This document shows, piece after piece, positions 39,340 to 48,858 of a DNA stretch of 64,000 bases. Position numbers and translations under genes: made by a program. This stretch comes from an uncultured Candidatus Saccharibacteria bacterium. Lineage in GTDB: Bacteria > Patescibacteriota > Minisyncoccia > Phycocordibacterales > DAORIS01. The stretch lies in NCBI GenBank assembly GCA_964644035.1, contig CAZXUH010000001.1, positions 3,712-67,711 on the forward strand, given 5' to 3'. The notes under the pieces are model-generated. The model made no database searches and had not been told where the DNA came from. It was given only the letters and a program-made list of their open reading frames with translations. Positions within the stretch are counted from its first letter, which is position 1. Each line of letters starts with the position of its first letter.

Positions 39340-40314
39340 ATGGCATTTGTAGACGAACTTACGATACACATGAAGGCCGGCCGCGGAGGCAACGGCGTCG
39401 TGCGGTGGAGACACGAAAAAGGTAAAGAATTTTCGGGTGCATCGGGCGGCAACGGCGGCCGGGGTGGCGATGTCCTTATTCGTGCTGTTAGGGACGTCGG
39501 CATTTTGGCGCGATATAGAAATACAAAAGAATTTGAAGCTGGTCGCGGAGCCGACGGCATGCGTGACAGCAAACACGGCAAAGACGGCAATGATATTGTC
39601 ATCGATCTTCCCCTCGGAGCGGTCGTCACCAATCTTTCCAATGACAGAATCATCTCACTCGAAAAAGATGGTCAGGAGGTCAAATTGCTCGAAGGAGGAC
39701 GAGGAGGACTGGGCAATGAACATTTCAAAGCTTCAACCAACACTTCTCCAAAAGAATGGACACCAGGCAAAGACGGCGAAGATGCAACTTTTTCAATAGA
39801 ACTTCAGCTTTTTGCTGATGCGGGTCTTATTGGTTTTCCAAACGCCGGCAAATCAAGTCTTCTCAACGCTCTTTCGAACGCTCGGGCAAAAGTGGCCAGT
39901 TATCAATTCACAACGCTCGAACCAAACCTTGGCGATATGGAAGGATTTATCTTGGCTGACATTCCTGGTCTTATCGAAGGTGCAGCCGAAGGTAGAGGTC
40001 TTGGTCATAAGTTTCTTCGTCATATAAAAAGAACCAAAGCACTTTTGCACTGCATTTCTCTTGAAAATGAAAATATTACTCAGGCTTATAAAACCATTAG
40101 AGCCGAACTCAAGCTGCACAGCAAAGAACTTGTCGACAAACCAGAAATTATTATTTTGACCAAGACCGATACTATCGATGAAAAGACATTGGCAAAGAAA
40201 ATAAAAGAAGCAAACAAACTTGCTGAGAAAGTTCTTTTTGTGACGATGCTCGATGATGACTCAATGAAGAAACTCAAGGACAACCTCGTAAAGATTTTGA
40301 GAAAATATGAATGA
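39340..40314 (+). CDS. obg: GTPase Obg
   Basis: It has the Obg fold N-terminus with Gly-rich repeats (GGNGGRGG) followed by the G-domain GFPNAGKSSLLNALS. Confidence 0.9.
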   Translation: MAFVDELTIHMKAGRGGNGVVRWRHEKGKEFSGASGGNGGRGGDVLIRAVRDVGILARYRNTKEFEAGRGADGMRDSKHGKDGNDIVIDLPLGAVVTNLSNDRIISLEKDGQEVKLLEGGRGGLGNEHFKASTNTSPKEWTPGKDGEDATFSIELQLFADAGLIGFPNAGKSSLLNALSNARAKVASYQFTTLEPNLGDMEGFILADIPGLIEGAAEGRGLGHKFLRHIKRTKALLHCISLENENITQAYKTIRAELKLHSKELVDKPEIIILTKTDTIDEKTLAKKIKEANKLAEKVLFVTMLDDDSMKKLKDNLVKILRKYE

Positions 40315-41719
40315 GTATCACCTGACAGTTGGACTTGAAATACATGCCGAGCTCAAGACGAAGACAAAAATGTTCTGCGCATGTAAGAACGATCCTGAAG
40401 AAAAACGCCCCAACCACAACGTCTGTCCGATTTGCATGGGTCATCCTGGCACATTGCCAACGATCAATAAACAGGCGGTGAAGAATGTGCTCAAAGTCGG
40501 TGCAGCAGTCGGAGCGAAACTTGCCGACTATACAGAATTTGATCGAAAGAATTATTTTTATCCAGACATTCCAAAAGGTTATCAGCTTAGCCAGTATGCA
40601 TTTCCTCTTGTTTCAGGCGGGGAGATTGCTGGTGTGAAGCTTACCCGCATACACTTGGAAGAAGACACTGCGCGATCGATACATACCAATGAAACATACA
40701 GTCTTGTCGATTTCAATCGCTCCAGTGTGCCTCTCATGGAGCTTGTGACCGAACCGGTGATTACTAGTGCTGATCAGGCTGGTATATTTGCTCGCGAACT
40801 ACAATTGCTTCTCCAGTATCTCGATGTAGCCGAAGCAAACATGGAAAAAGGAGAAATGCGCGTCGAAGCAAACATTTCTGTTTCCAAAGATCCAAAGAAA
40901 TTTGGCACCAAGGTAGAAGTCAAAAATCTCAACTCTTTCAAGGCAGTTGAAAAAGCAATTGCCTATGAAATGAAGCGGCATATTGCCTTACTTGATAAAG
41001 GAGAAAAGATTTCTCAAGAAACTCGTGGTTGGGATGAAAACAAAGAAACAACCTTTAGTCAGCGCAAAAAAGAAGATTCTCACGACTACCGATATTTTCC
41101 TGATCCTGATCTTCCTAAACTTCAAATTTCTGCAATACCAGAATTTTCTCTTGATACACTTACAAAAGAAATACCAGAACTTCCAGCTGGAAAAAGAGCT
41201 CGCTATGAAAAAGAATTTGGTCTTAAACAGAGCGACATAGAATTTTTCGTAAATAACAAACAGTGGGCAGACTTTTTTGAAGCGGTTATAGCTGATAGCA
41301 AAGAAGCAGATTTGATAAAAAATACTGCCAACTATATTGTTTCTGATCTGATAGGTCATATTAAAAATTTGGGTACTGAGCACAAAGTTACGACCGACTC
41401 ATTTAGAGAACTAATGCTCATGCTTCAGAAAGGAGATATTTCTTCGCGTGGCACCAAGGATATTCTCAAAATCATGTTTGAAAATGGCGGCAATCCAAAA
41501 GAAATCGCAGATAAGCATGGTCTTATCCAAAAGAGCAATGAAGATGAGCTCAAGAAGATGCTCGAGGCTATTATTGCCGAAAATCCTGGCCCAGTGGCCG
41601 AATATAAGGCTGGAAAACAGGCTGCACTTCAGTTTTTCATTGGTCAGGCTATGAAAATCAGCAAAGGTTCAGCCAATCCTCAAATTCTCAAAAAGCTCCT
41701 CGAAAGCCTACTTTCATAG
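40307..41719 (+). CDS. gatB: Asp/Glu-tRNA amidotransferase subunit B
   Basis: It has VGLEIHAEL, the zinc-binding CACKN..CPIC motif and the C-terminal YqeY-like domain. Confidence 0.9.
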   Translation: MNEYHLTVGLEIHAELKTKTKMFCACKNDPEEKRPNHNVCPICMGHPGTLPTINKQAVKNVLKVGAAVGAKLADYTEFDRKNYFYPDIPKGYQLSQYAFPLVSGGEIAGVKLTRIHLEEDTARSIHTNETYSLVDFNRSSVPLMELVTEPVITSADQAGIFARELQLLLQYLDVAEANMEKGEMRVEANISVSKDPKKFGTKVEVKNLNSFKAVEKAIAYEMKRHIALLDKGEKISQETRGWDENKETTFSQRKKEDSHDYRYFPDPDLPKLQISAIPEFSLDTLTKEIPELPAGKRARYEKEFGLKQSDIEFFVNNKQWADFFEAVIADSKEADLIKNTANYIVSDLIGHIKNLGTEHKVTTDSFRELMLMLQKGDISSRGTKDILKIMFENGGNPKEIADKHGLIQKSNEDELKKMLEAIIAENPGPVAEYKAGKQAALQFFIGQAMKISKGSANPQILKKLLESLLS

Positions 41720-41790
41720 TATTTTCTTCTTATCCACACAGTGCGTGAAAAAGCTTTATTTTGTAAGGCTTTTCTTGTTAAAATGGAGAG

Positions 41791-44139
41791 GTGATCGGCC
41801 GATATTTAAAAAAAATTATTTCGGGCTTGCTTCTCTTTGCATGTATTGTTACTTTTGCATCTCCAAAAGTTGTCTCAGCCTCATTTTTTGAAGATGTATT
41901 ACTATCCGGTTATCTTGCGGCAGATATTTCTTCAGCCTTTGATTCGGCATCATTAAGCCTGTATTGCATTTTTAATAAGTTAGAACCTATTTGTTCAGGC
42001 AGCAATTACACTTCACCAAAAGTGATACAAAAAGCAACGACAACAGTTGTCGTGCCCGCGACAAGGACTCAAAGAATAGCTACTTCGAGCCAGCCTTCTA
42101 TTCCAAGTCAAACTCCCACTTCGTCTCCCAGACCAATTATTTATCAAGGTAGTCCCCAAGTTATTGAAAGAGTTATCGTTAGAGAGCCAACCACGACTTA
42201 TGTTCAGGGAGGATTAACCACAGCTCAAGTTATTGATCTCATTAGAATGTATGCGCCATCTTCCGGTGGCAGTGTCGGCTCAATTGGTTCTATTGGTACG
42301 ATACAGGGTCCAAACTACGATGGTGCTATAGCATCGCTTTCGAGTTCAATATCTTCCACGAATGATACAGTAGCAATCCTTCAGGCCAGTTCGTCTCAGT
42401 GGGTTACAAGCGGATCTGATATTTACTATAGTGCAGGCAGGGTTGGTATTGGGACGACTACTCCTTGGACCAATCTGACGGTTAATGGTGATACATCGAG
42501 TAGAAGATATTATCTTGACGGACAACTCTTTGCAGTAGCCACGACTACCAACAACTTTTATTTGGCAGGAGCATTGCCAGCGAGTGCGCCTGTGACTGGT
42601 TCAAATAACTTTTTTGCGGGTAATCAAGCGGGAAATTCGAATACAAGCGGCAATGATAATATCTTTATGGGCAATCAAGCCGGCTTCGCTAATGTCGGGG
42701 GTCTAAGCAACATTTTTCTTGGATCAAATGCAGGCATAAACAATGTTTCAGGTTCAAGCAACATTTTCCTAGGTACTTCGGCCGGCAGCAGCAACACCGG
42801 CAGCAACAACATTTTCCTAGGCAGCTCGGCAGGTTCTACAAATAATGGCGGTCTTCTCAACGTTTACATCGGTAGTTCTGCCGGAGCTCAAAATAATGCT
42901 GGCTTTTCTAACGTTGCTATCGGTTATCAGTCTGGACAAGGCAGCGGTACGGGCAATTCTGCCAATACGCTGGTAGGATATCAATCCGGTATAGCACTTA
43001 CGTCTGGTTCAAATAACGTTTTATTGGGTCACAGAGTCGGTACCACGACTACAACTGGTGCCAATAACATCCTTATCGGTTCCGTATTGGCCCGTTCAGC
43101 ATCAGATTCTAATTATCTTAATATCGGTAATGCAATCTACGGCAATCTAAGTACAGGAAATATCGGTATTGGTACCACGACGCCTATCACAGCACTTCAT
43201 GTTGCGTCGAGTTCGTCTGGTAAAGAAGTGGTTTTCTTTGCCAATACCAATACAGGCAGCGGTGATGAAGTGCTGCATCTGGGTGTTGGAGGAGCTACAG
43301 CAGGCACCAGCAACCTTTTCATAGCCTTTTTTCAAGGAAGCACGGTTGGCAATAAAGGCACTCGTATAGGCTATATTCAGGGCTCTGGTAGCAACTCTGT
43401 GACCTATAACACCACATCTGACCTTCGTCTCAAGGAGAACGTCGTCGATACACAATACGGTCTTCAAGATCTTCTGAAGATTCATGTCAAAGATTATAAT
43501 TTTATAAATAGTCCAGGACACACAGTGCAAGGTTTCATAGCCCAGGATCTCGAAAAGGTATATCCATACGCTGTTGCGAGAGGAAAAGACGATGGTGTCA
43601 GTCCTTTGGAGCCGAATGCTGTCCCTTGGGGAGTGGATTACGGACGTATTACGCCGCTTCTTGTAAAATCCATTCAAGATCTTAATCTTAAACTTGAAAA
43701 TTTGATCGCATCTCCAGCTTCAGTAAGTGGCAATGGCTTACTTGATAATCTCATTTCATCGATCATAGGCAAATTTACAAAAGTAGAAACAGATACGATA
43801 GAAATCAAAACTGGTTTAGAAATAAAAGACGAAGTTACCGGAAAAGTATATTGTGTAAAAATCAGCAATGGTGAATGGAAGAAAATAGAAGGGGTATGTA
43901 GCAATGTAAACGGTGCAAGCAACATACCAAGCAATGCACAAAACTCGTCGGCTGAGAATACTCAAACACCAACTGGTACTACAACACAAGAAGTAGTTAC
44001 GCCTACATCTACAAGCACCCCTGTAGTGCCTGAAGAATCAAATGCTACGTCTATTCAATCTCCTACAAATGAAGGATCCGTAGATCAACCAGTTGCTCCA
44101 GTAGTAGAAAGTCCTGCAGAAAACCAGCCTACACCTTAG
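41791..44139 (+). CDS. Secreted beta-helix repeat protein with a C-terminal phage-tail-fibre-type intramolecular chaperone domain (peptidase S74-like)
   Basis: It has a signal peptide (MIGRYLKKIISGLLLFACIVTFASPKVVSA). It has more than 12 tandem repeats of about 14 aa of the form NxFxGxxAGxxNTxG. It has an IGIGTTTP..LHV motif. Its C-terminal domain has the SDLRLKENV Ser-Lys dyad motif and the downstream block of endosialidase/tail-spike chaperone domains. Confidence 0.6.
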   Translation: MIGRYLKKIISGLLLFACIVTFASPKVVSASFFEDVLLSGYLAADISSAFDSASLSLYCIFNKLEPICSGSNYTSPKVIQKATTTVVVPATRTQRIATSSQPSIPSQTPTSSPRPIIYQGSPQVIERVIVREPTTTYVQGGLTTAQVIDLIRMYAPSSGGSVGSIGSIGTIQGPNYDGAIASLSSSISSTNDTVAILQASSSQWVTSGSDIYYSAGRVGIGTTTPWTNLTVNGDTSSRRYYLDGQLFAVATTTNNFYLAGALPASAPVTGSNNFFAGNQAGNSNTSGNDNIFMGNQAGFANVGGLSNIFLGSNAGINNVSGSSNIFLGTSAGSSNTGSNNIFLGSSAGSTNNGGLLNVYIGSSAGAQNNAGFSNVAIGYQSGQGSGTGNSANTLVGYQSGIALTSGSNNVLLGHRVGTTTTTGANNILIGSVLARSASDSNYLNIGNAIYGNLSTGNIGIGTTTPITALHVASSSSGKEVVFFANTNTGSGDEVLHLGVGGATAGTSNLFIAFFQGSTVGNKGTRIGYIQGSGSNSVTYNTTSDLRLKENVVDTQYGLQDLLKIHVKDYNFINSPGHTVQGFIAQDLEKVYPYAVARGKDDGVSPLEPNAVPWGVDYGRITPLLVKSIQDLNLKLENLIASPASVSGNGLLDNLISSIIGKFTKVETDTIEIKTGLEIKDEVTGKVYCVKISNGEWKKIEGVCSNVNGASNIPSNAQNSSAENTQTPTGTTTQEVVTPTSTSTPVVPEESNATSIQSPTNEGSVDQPVAPVVESPAENQPTP

Positions 44140-44187
44140 TCTCAAATATTCGATTCATTTATAAACTCTGCCCAATAAAGTTTAATT

Positions 44188-44217
44188 AAAAACCCCGCCA
44201 TGTGGCGGGGTTTTTGT
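44188..44217. terminator. Bidirectional intrinsic terminator (CCCCGCC-ATGT-GGCGGGG) between convergent genes
   Basis: A perfect 7-bp GC stem flanked by an A-run and a T-run. The same 18-nt core recurs at 52033-52050. Confidence 0.7.
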
Positions 44218-44222
44218 ATCAA

Positions 44223-44912
44223 TTAGTTGCTTGTCTTAATAGTCGTCGTAGCAGTTGAGCTTGCTAGTTCGGCAATACCTGGAACGAGCTTCACGATATC
44301 TTCAATTGGCTGGAAGCCATAGAGCACTTTGTCATTGGGCAAAACGATAGCAGGGAATTGGCGTTCGACTTTGTTGAGGCGTACAAGTGTATCGACAGCA
44401 GAAAGATTTAGATCATAATCAAATGCATATACGCGCAGTCTAGGATACTGTTCGCGAAGATATGAGAGGACATATGCTTGCTTAGAGCAATCAGGGCAGT
44501 CTTCTTTATTTGAATAAAAGTAAATAACAGAAATAGGCTTGATATTGCAACGCTCTTCAAGCTGCTGCATGAGCAAGTAGTCTTTGATCTGAAGAAGAGA
44601 ATAATATCTCTTGAGACCAAGCACTTCCTCGTTCTCAGCACCGAGCTGCTTTTCTGTGAAATCGAGCTTGCTTGCGAGTTCATTGATTTCTTTTGAAAGA
44701 ATAGTGTCTGAGAGCTGTCGGCATGATGAGTCGCGCAAAAGAGCAAATTGCGTATCAGAAGAAAGAATATCGATAGAGATCTTATCCTCAATAGCTCGAA
44801 TATCCTCGAGACGTTTTGTATTGAGTCTGTCGCTCAAAAGAAACGCTCCACCAAATACCACTGAAGTGATAACAAAGGCGACGACGTACTTTATGATGTC
44901 ATTTTTTCGCAT
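44223..44912 (-). CDS. Membrane-anchored thioredoxin-like protein (CPDC motif)
   Basis: An N-terminal TM and a coiled-coil are followed by a thioredoxin-fold-like C-terminal region with CxxC (YSNKEDCPDCSKQ). Confidence 0.45.
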   Translation of the reverse strand: MRKNDIIKYVVAFVITSVVFGGAFLLSDRLNTKRLEDIRAIEDKISIDILSSDTQFALLRDSSCRQLSDTILSKEINELASKLDFTEKQLGAENEEVLGLKRYYSLLQIKDYLLMQQLEERCNIKPISVIYFYSNKEDCPDCSKQAYVLSYLREQYPRLRVYAFDYDLNLSAVDTLVRLNKVERQFPAIVLPNDKVLYGFQPIEDIVKLVPGIAELASSTATTTIKTSN

Positions 44913-44923
44913 ATGTATTGAGG

Positions 44924-46165
44924 TTATCTCCAGCTTGTGCCTTTGGCAAGAGCAACGTTAAATACCGATCGCAATATCCATGTCATAGCAAAGAGTGGAT
45001 AGAGCAAGAGGTATAGAATAAAATCTCGTATTCTGAAATGATTTCTGAGCAAAAACTGAGAAGCAATAAGCATACCGATAGCTATGATGGCTGAAACAAA
45101 AGCCATAATACTTAGTGTGGTGATCGGAGCAAAGAAAAAGTCATAATGGAAACTTGGCAATTTGAAATTGAAACCAACCACTCTCCATTTTTCTATATAT
45201 TCTGTAGCTTTATTTCCAAAATTGAGGGCAAAAAAGACAACCGTAGCCACAAGTCCAAGAAGAGAGGCAATAGAGAAAGGAAGAGTGAGGAAACCGACAT
45301 TGCCTTTCTTTCTATTGAAGAAAAGATGTTTGTAATCAAAGGCATTGCGCATGAAGCCGTAGGTCCATCGTAGTCTCTGGCGGTGAAGTTTTCTAAATGT
45401 ATCAGGTCCGACGGTATACACGAATGCATCGTGACAGTTGTCGATCTTTTTATCATTGTCATGCATGCGCAAAGCGATTTCCATGTCTTCGGTATTGTGA
45501 GCGTGCTTGAAAAGACCGATCTCTTTGAAGACTTCCTTTCTAAAAATAGAAAATGGTCCAGGCGTGACGTGTATTGCCTCAAGTAGACCGAATAGTTTCT
45601 TGATAAGTATGCCGTAAATGTACTCTACATACTGAATACCGCGCAAAATATTGTCTGGCTTCCAGATTTTGACGGCTGGAGCGACGGCCATAGTCTTCGG
45701 ATCATCCTGAAACTTCTTGACGATCTTTCTGAGGGCGTCATTGGAGACGAAAGAGTCAGCATCGAGACAACCGACGAGATCGGTCGTAGCACGTTCGATA
45801 CCGTAGTTGAGAGCAGTGTACTTTCCACCATTTGTTTTCTTGTATGCTGAGACTTGAGGATGACCAGTAAACTTTTCTACATACTGCCATGTATCATCGG
45901 TCGAACCGTCGTCGACAATACTTACAAATAGTTTGTGTTTAGGATAATCAAGTGCCAAAAGTGATTCGACAGTCTTGATAATCGTGCCTTGTTCATTGAA
46001 GCAGGGTACGACGATCGTAACACTTGGGAGTTTCGGGTCGTCGGTATTGGCTAGAGGGCTCGGAGCAGTGATCTCCTTGTGGCGCTCAAAAAGCGTGAGA
46101 AGCATGAAGACTTCGAAGTAGACAGCAATAAACAGGAAAAAAGAGATTGAGGCCCCTTGAAACAT
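44924..46165 (-). CDS. Processive family-2 glycosyltransferase (PgaC/IcaA/NodC/HasA-like synthase)
   Basis: It has an N-terminal TM. Its GT-A core has VTIVVPCFNE..DDGSTDDT, DAD and the processive-synthase QxxRW motif (QRLRWTYG). Its C-terminal multi-TM bundle is consistent with a polymer-translocating channel. Confidence 0.75.
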   Translation of the reverse strand: MFQGASISFFLFIAVYFEVFMLLTLFERHKEITAPSPLANTDDPKLPSVTIVVPCFNEQGTIIKTVESLLALDYPKHKLFVSIVDDGSTDDTWQYVEKFTGHPQVSAYKKTNGGKYTALNYGIERATTDLVGCLDADSFVSNDALRKIVKKFQDDPKTMAVAPAVKIWKPDNILRGIQYVEYIYGILIKKLFGLLEAIHVTPGPFSIFRKEVFKEIGLFKHAHNTEDMEIALRMHDNDKKIDNCHDAFVYTVGPDTFRKLHRQRLRWTYGFMRNAFDYKHLFFNRKKGNVGFLTLPFSIASLLGLVATVVFFALNFGNKATEYIEKWRVVGFNFKLPSFHYDFFFAPITTLSIMAFVSAIIAIGMLIASQFLLRNHFRIRDFILYLLLYPLFAMTWILRSVFNVALAKGTSWR

Positions 46166-46217
46166 AGTTAATGAATCCCTAGATTATACACCAAAAGTCG
46201 CTTATAATCAATGAATC

Positions 46218-46922
46218 ATGGAAAAAGGCCACATACACCCAGTTACGGCGGTAATACGAGAAATAAGCCTTATTTTCGACAAAATCGGCTTCCAAGTAGC
46301 CCAAGGCCCCGAGCTAGAGACCGAATTTCACAATTTCGATGCTTTGAACGTCCCAGCCGATCATCCAGCTCGAGATATGCAAGATACGTTTTGGATAAAG
46401 ACCAAACCAGGTGAAGAAAAGAAAGTATTGAGAACACATACTACTTCTGTTCAAGTCAGATGCCTCGAAGCGATGAAAGACAATCCTCATCCGCTCAAAG
46501 TGATCGTGCCAGGCAAGGTCTATCGCAATGAAGCAACAGATGCTACGCACGAAGCACAGTTCCATCAGATCGATGGTGTGTATATAAACAAAACTGTTTC
46601 AATGACTGAGCTCAAGGGTACGCTTGAATTTTTCTTCAAAGAGTTTTTGGGACCTGATGTAAAGATGCGTTTCCGTCCGAGCTATTTCGGTTTCGTCGAA
46701 CCAGGGGTGGAAGTCGATGTGTGGTGGAAAGATCGCTGGCTTGAAATGTTTGGTGCCGGCATCATTCATCCGCACGTTATACAGTCGGCTGGTCTTGACC
46801 CAAAAGTCTGGAAAGGTTTTGCTTTTGGCGGCGGCGTCGACAGACTGGTAATGCTTCGCTACGGTATCGATGACGTACGGCATTTGTATTCAGGTGATTT
46901 GAGGCTAATCAATCAATTCTAA
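46218..46922 (+). CDS. pheS: Phenylalanine--tRNA ligase alpha subunit, minimal form lacking the N-terminal coiled-coil arm
   Basis: It has the class II core motifs (FDALNVPADHPARDMQDTFW, motif 3 GFAFGGGVDRLVMLRYGIDDVR). It is only 234 aa, and the in-frame upstream codon is a stop. Confidence 0.85.
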   Translation: MEKGHIHPVTAVIREISLIFDKIGFQVAQGPELETEFHNFDALNVPADHPARDMQDTFWIKTKPGEEKKVLRTHTTSVQVRCLEAMKDNPHPLKVIVPGKVYRNEATDATHEAQFHQIDGVYINKTVSMTELKGTLEFFFKEFLGPDVKMRFRPSYFGFVEPGVEVDVWWKDRWLEMFGAGIIHPHVIQSAGLDPKVWKGFAFGGGVDRLVMLRYGIDDVRHLYSGDLRLINQF

Positions 46923-48835
46923 TGAAAATTTCTCACGACTGGCTTCAGTCTTACTTCAAAGAAAAAATTCCTAGTGCAGACAAACTGTCTGAGCTCTTCA
47001 ACATGCATGCATTTGAAGTCGAAGGAGTGGAAAAGCAATCTGGTGATACTGTTTTGGATATAAAAGTCTTGCCTGATCGTGCTCATTATGCACTTTCACA
47101 CCGAGGTATTGCTCAAGAGGTGCAGGTCATCACTGGGCTTAAAATGTCTGCTATTCATCCTTCTGCAGTACATGTCGAAAAGACTGTCGTATCGCCTGAC
47201 GTGAAAATATATGAGAAAAAACTCTGCAATAGATATGTGGCATGCCGTATCAATGATGTTGTTGTCGAAGATTCTCCAGATTTCTTAAAAGAGAAGATAG
47301 AGGTCTTGGGTCAGCGTTCGATCAATACTATTGTCGATGCAACCAATTTTGTCATGTTTGATATCGGTCAGCCTTTGCATGCTTTTGACGCTGCTAAAGT
47401 AAAAGGGGATATTTCAGTCAGACTAGCCAAAGCAGGAGAGAAAATAATCATTCTCGATGGACGTGAAATGTCGCTTGTAGCGACCGATCTTATTATTGCC
47501 GACGATGTTGGTCCTCTAGCTATTGCTGGAGTAAAGGGAGGCAAGAGGGCAGAGGTCACTTCTGAAACCAAGGATATTATTTTGGAATCTGCCAATTTCA
47601 ATGCTACTGCAATCCGCAAAACTGCTACCAGACTTGCTCTTCGCAATGAATCATCGAAGCGTTTTGAAAATGAAATTACTCCCGATTTGTGCCTTGAAGC
47701 TATGCGCCGTGTCGCTGATCTTATTGTTAAATTATCAAAAGATGCTCGTGTAGGTACTCTAGTAGATGTATATCCGCAGCAGGCTGTTTCATGGAGCGTT
47801 TCGGTGACCCCAGAATATGTTTCATCGGTTATTGGTATCGATGTACCTAAAAAGGAAATTCAGGCTATTCTCGAGCGCATGCACTGTCATGTAACAGAAG
47901 ATGCTGGTCAGCTCGTCATTACTCCACCACTCAATCGTCTCGATCTCAAAATTCCAGAAGACATAGCCGATGAAATTGGGCGCATCTATGGATATGAAAA
48001 ACTGCCTTCAGTATTACCTCCAAATATCAAAGATAATATTACGATAGATAAGACATTTTATTATGCTGAAAAAGTAAAAAGTCTTTTGGTTGAAAAAGGC
48101 TTTTCAGAAACACTTCTCTATACACTCGTACCAAAAGGTACTTTTGAAATCGCATATCCTCTTGCAAGTGACAAGGCTGCACTTCGAGAAAGGATTGTTC
48201 CCAAGCTTCAGGAAGCGCTTATTATGAATTCTCGCAATGCTGATCTTCTCGAACTCGAGGCAGTCAAAATATTCGAAATAGGCAAAGTCTTTCCATCTTC
48301 GGGTGAGAAGCTCGCTCTCTCTATCGGTGTATCGGTAATAAGAAAAAAGAAAGGCTTCACTGCCGAGTCTGTACTCAAGGAAGCAATTGCTCATATAGAA
48401 AAAGAATTGCAGATCACGATTGCTCAGAAAGTAGAAGTAGGAGAGTTCGGTGCTTGTATAGAAATAGACTTTGGTGAGCTTGTCTCTGGCTTGCCTGAAG
48501 CTCATCCAATAACTGAATTGCATTTTGCTATTCTTCCTAAAGACAAAAAGTACGAACTCTTTTCACCATACCCATTTGCTTCACGTGACGTGGCAGTTTT
48601 TGTGCCTAAAGGTCACGAAGAAGCAGAAGTTTCAAAGGTTATAGAAAAGCATGCCGGAAAATATTTGCTCAAGATGAAACTCTTCGATGTCTTTCATAAA
48701 GAAGAAAGCACTTCATATGCATTTAGACTTATTTTCCAATCACCGAAAAAGACTCTCGAAGAAGGGGAGATCAATGGCGCAATGGAAGATATTACCAATG
48801 CTCTCAATGGTAAGAAGGGTTGGAGTGTGAGGTAA
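46922..48835 (+). CDS. pheT: Phenylalanine--tRNA ligase beta subunit (reduced, 637 aa)
   Basis: It has the B3/B4, B5 and B6-7 domain order with a FDAAKV-type motif. Its start overlaps the pheS stop, showing translational coupling. Confidence 0.85.
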   Translation: MKISHDWLQSYFKEKIPSADKLSELFNMHAFEVEGVEKQSGDTVLDIKVLPDRAHYALSHRGIAQEVQVITGLKMSAIHPSAVHVEKTVVSPDVKIYEKKLCNRYVACRINDVVVEDSPDFLKEKIEVLGQRSINTIVDATNFVMFDIGQPLHAFDAAKVKGDISVRLAKAGEKIIILDGREMSLVATDLIIADDVGPLAIAGVKGGKRAEVTSETKDIILESANFNATAIRKTATRLALRNESSKRFENEITPDLCLEAMRRVADLIVKLSKDARVGTLVDVYPQQAVSWSVSVTPEYVSSVIGIDVPKKEIQAILERMHCHVTEDAGQLVITPPLNRLDLKIPEDIADEIGRIYGYEKLPSVLPPNIKDNITIDKTFYYAEKVKSLLVEKGFSETLLYTLVPKGTFEIAYPLASDKAALRERIVPKLQEALIMNSRNADLLELEAVKIFEIGKVFPSSGEKLALSIGVSVIRKKKGFTAESVLKEAIAHIEKELQITIAQKVEVGEFGACIEIDFGELVSGLPEAHPITELHFAILPKDKKYELFSPYPFASRDVAVFVPKGHEEAEVSKVIEKHAGKYLLKMKLFDVFHKEESTSYAFRLIFQSPKKTLEEGEINGAMEDITNALNGKKGWSVR

Positions 48836-48858
48836 AAATAATAGTATAATTAAAATAT

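Noticed and set aside
41791-46165. Prophage call, based on the tail-fibre-like gene
   Set aside because: There are no capsid, terminase, portal or integrase genes, and no att-like repeats. The neighbours are gatB and glycan genes, so it is treated as a stand-alone fibre-like gene rather than a prophage.
46211-46414. 67-aa ORF overlapping the pheS start in another frame
   Set aside because: It is out of frame with a confidently assigned pheS and has Arg/Pro-rich low-complexity translation.
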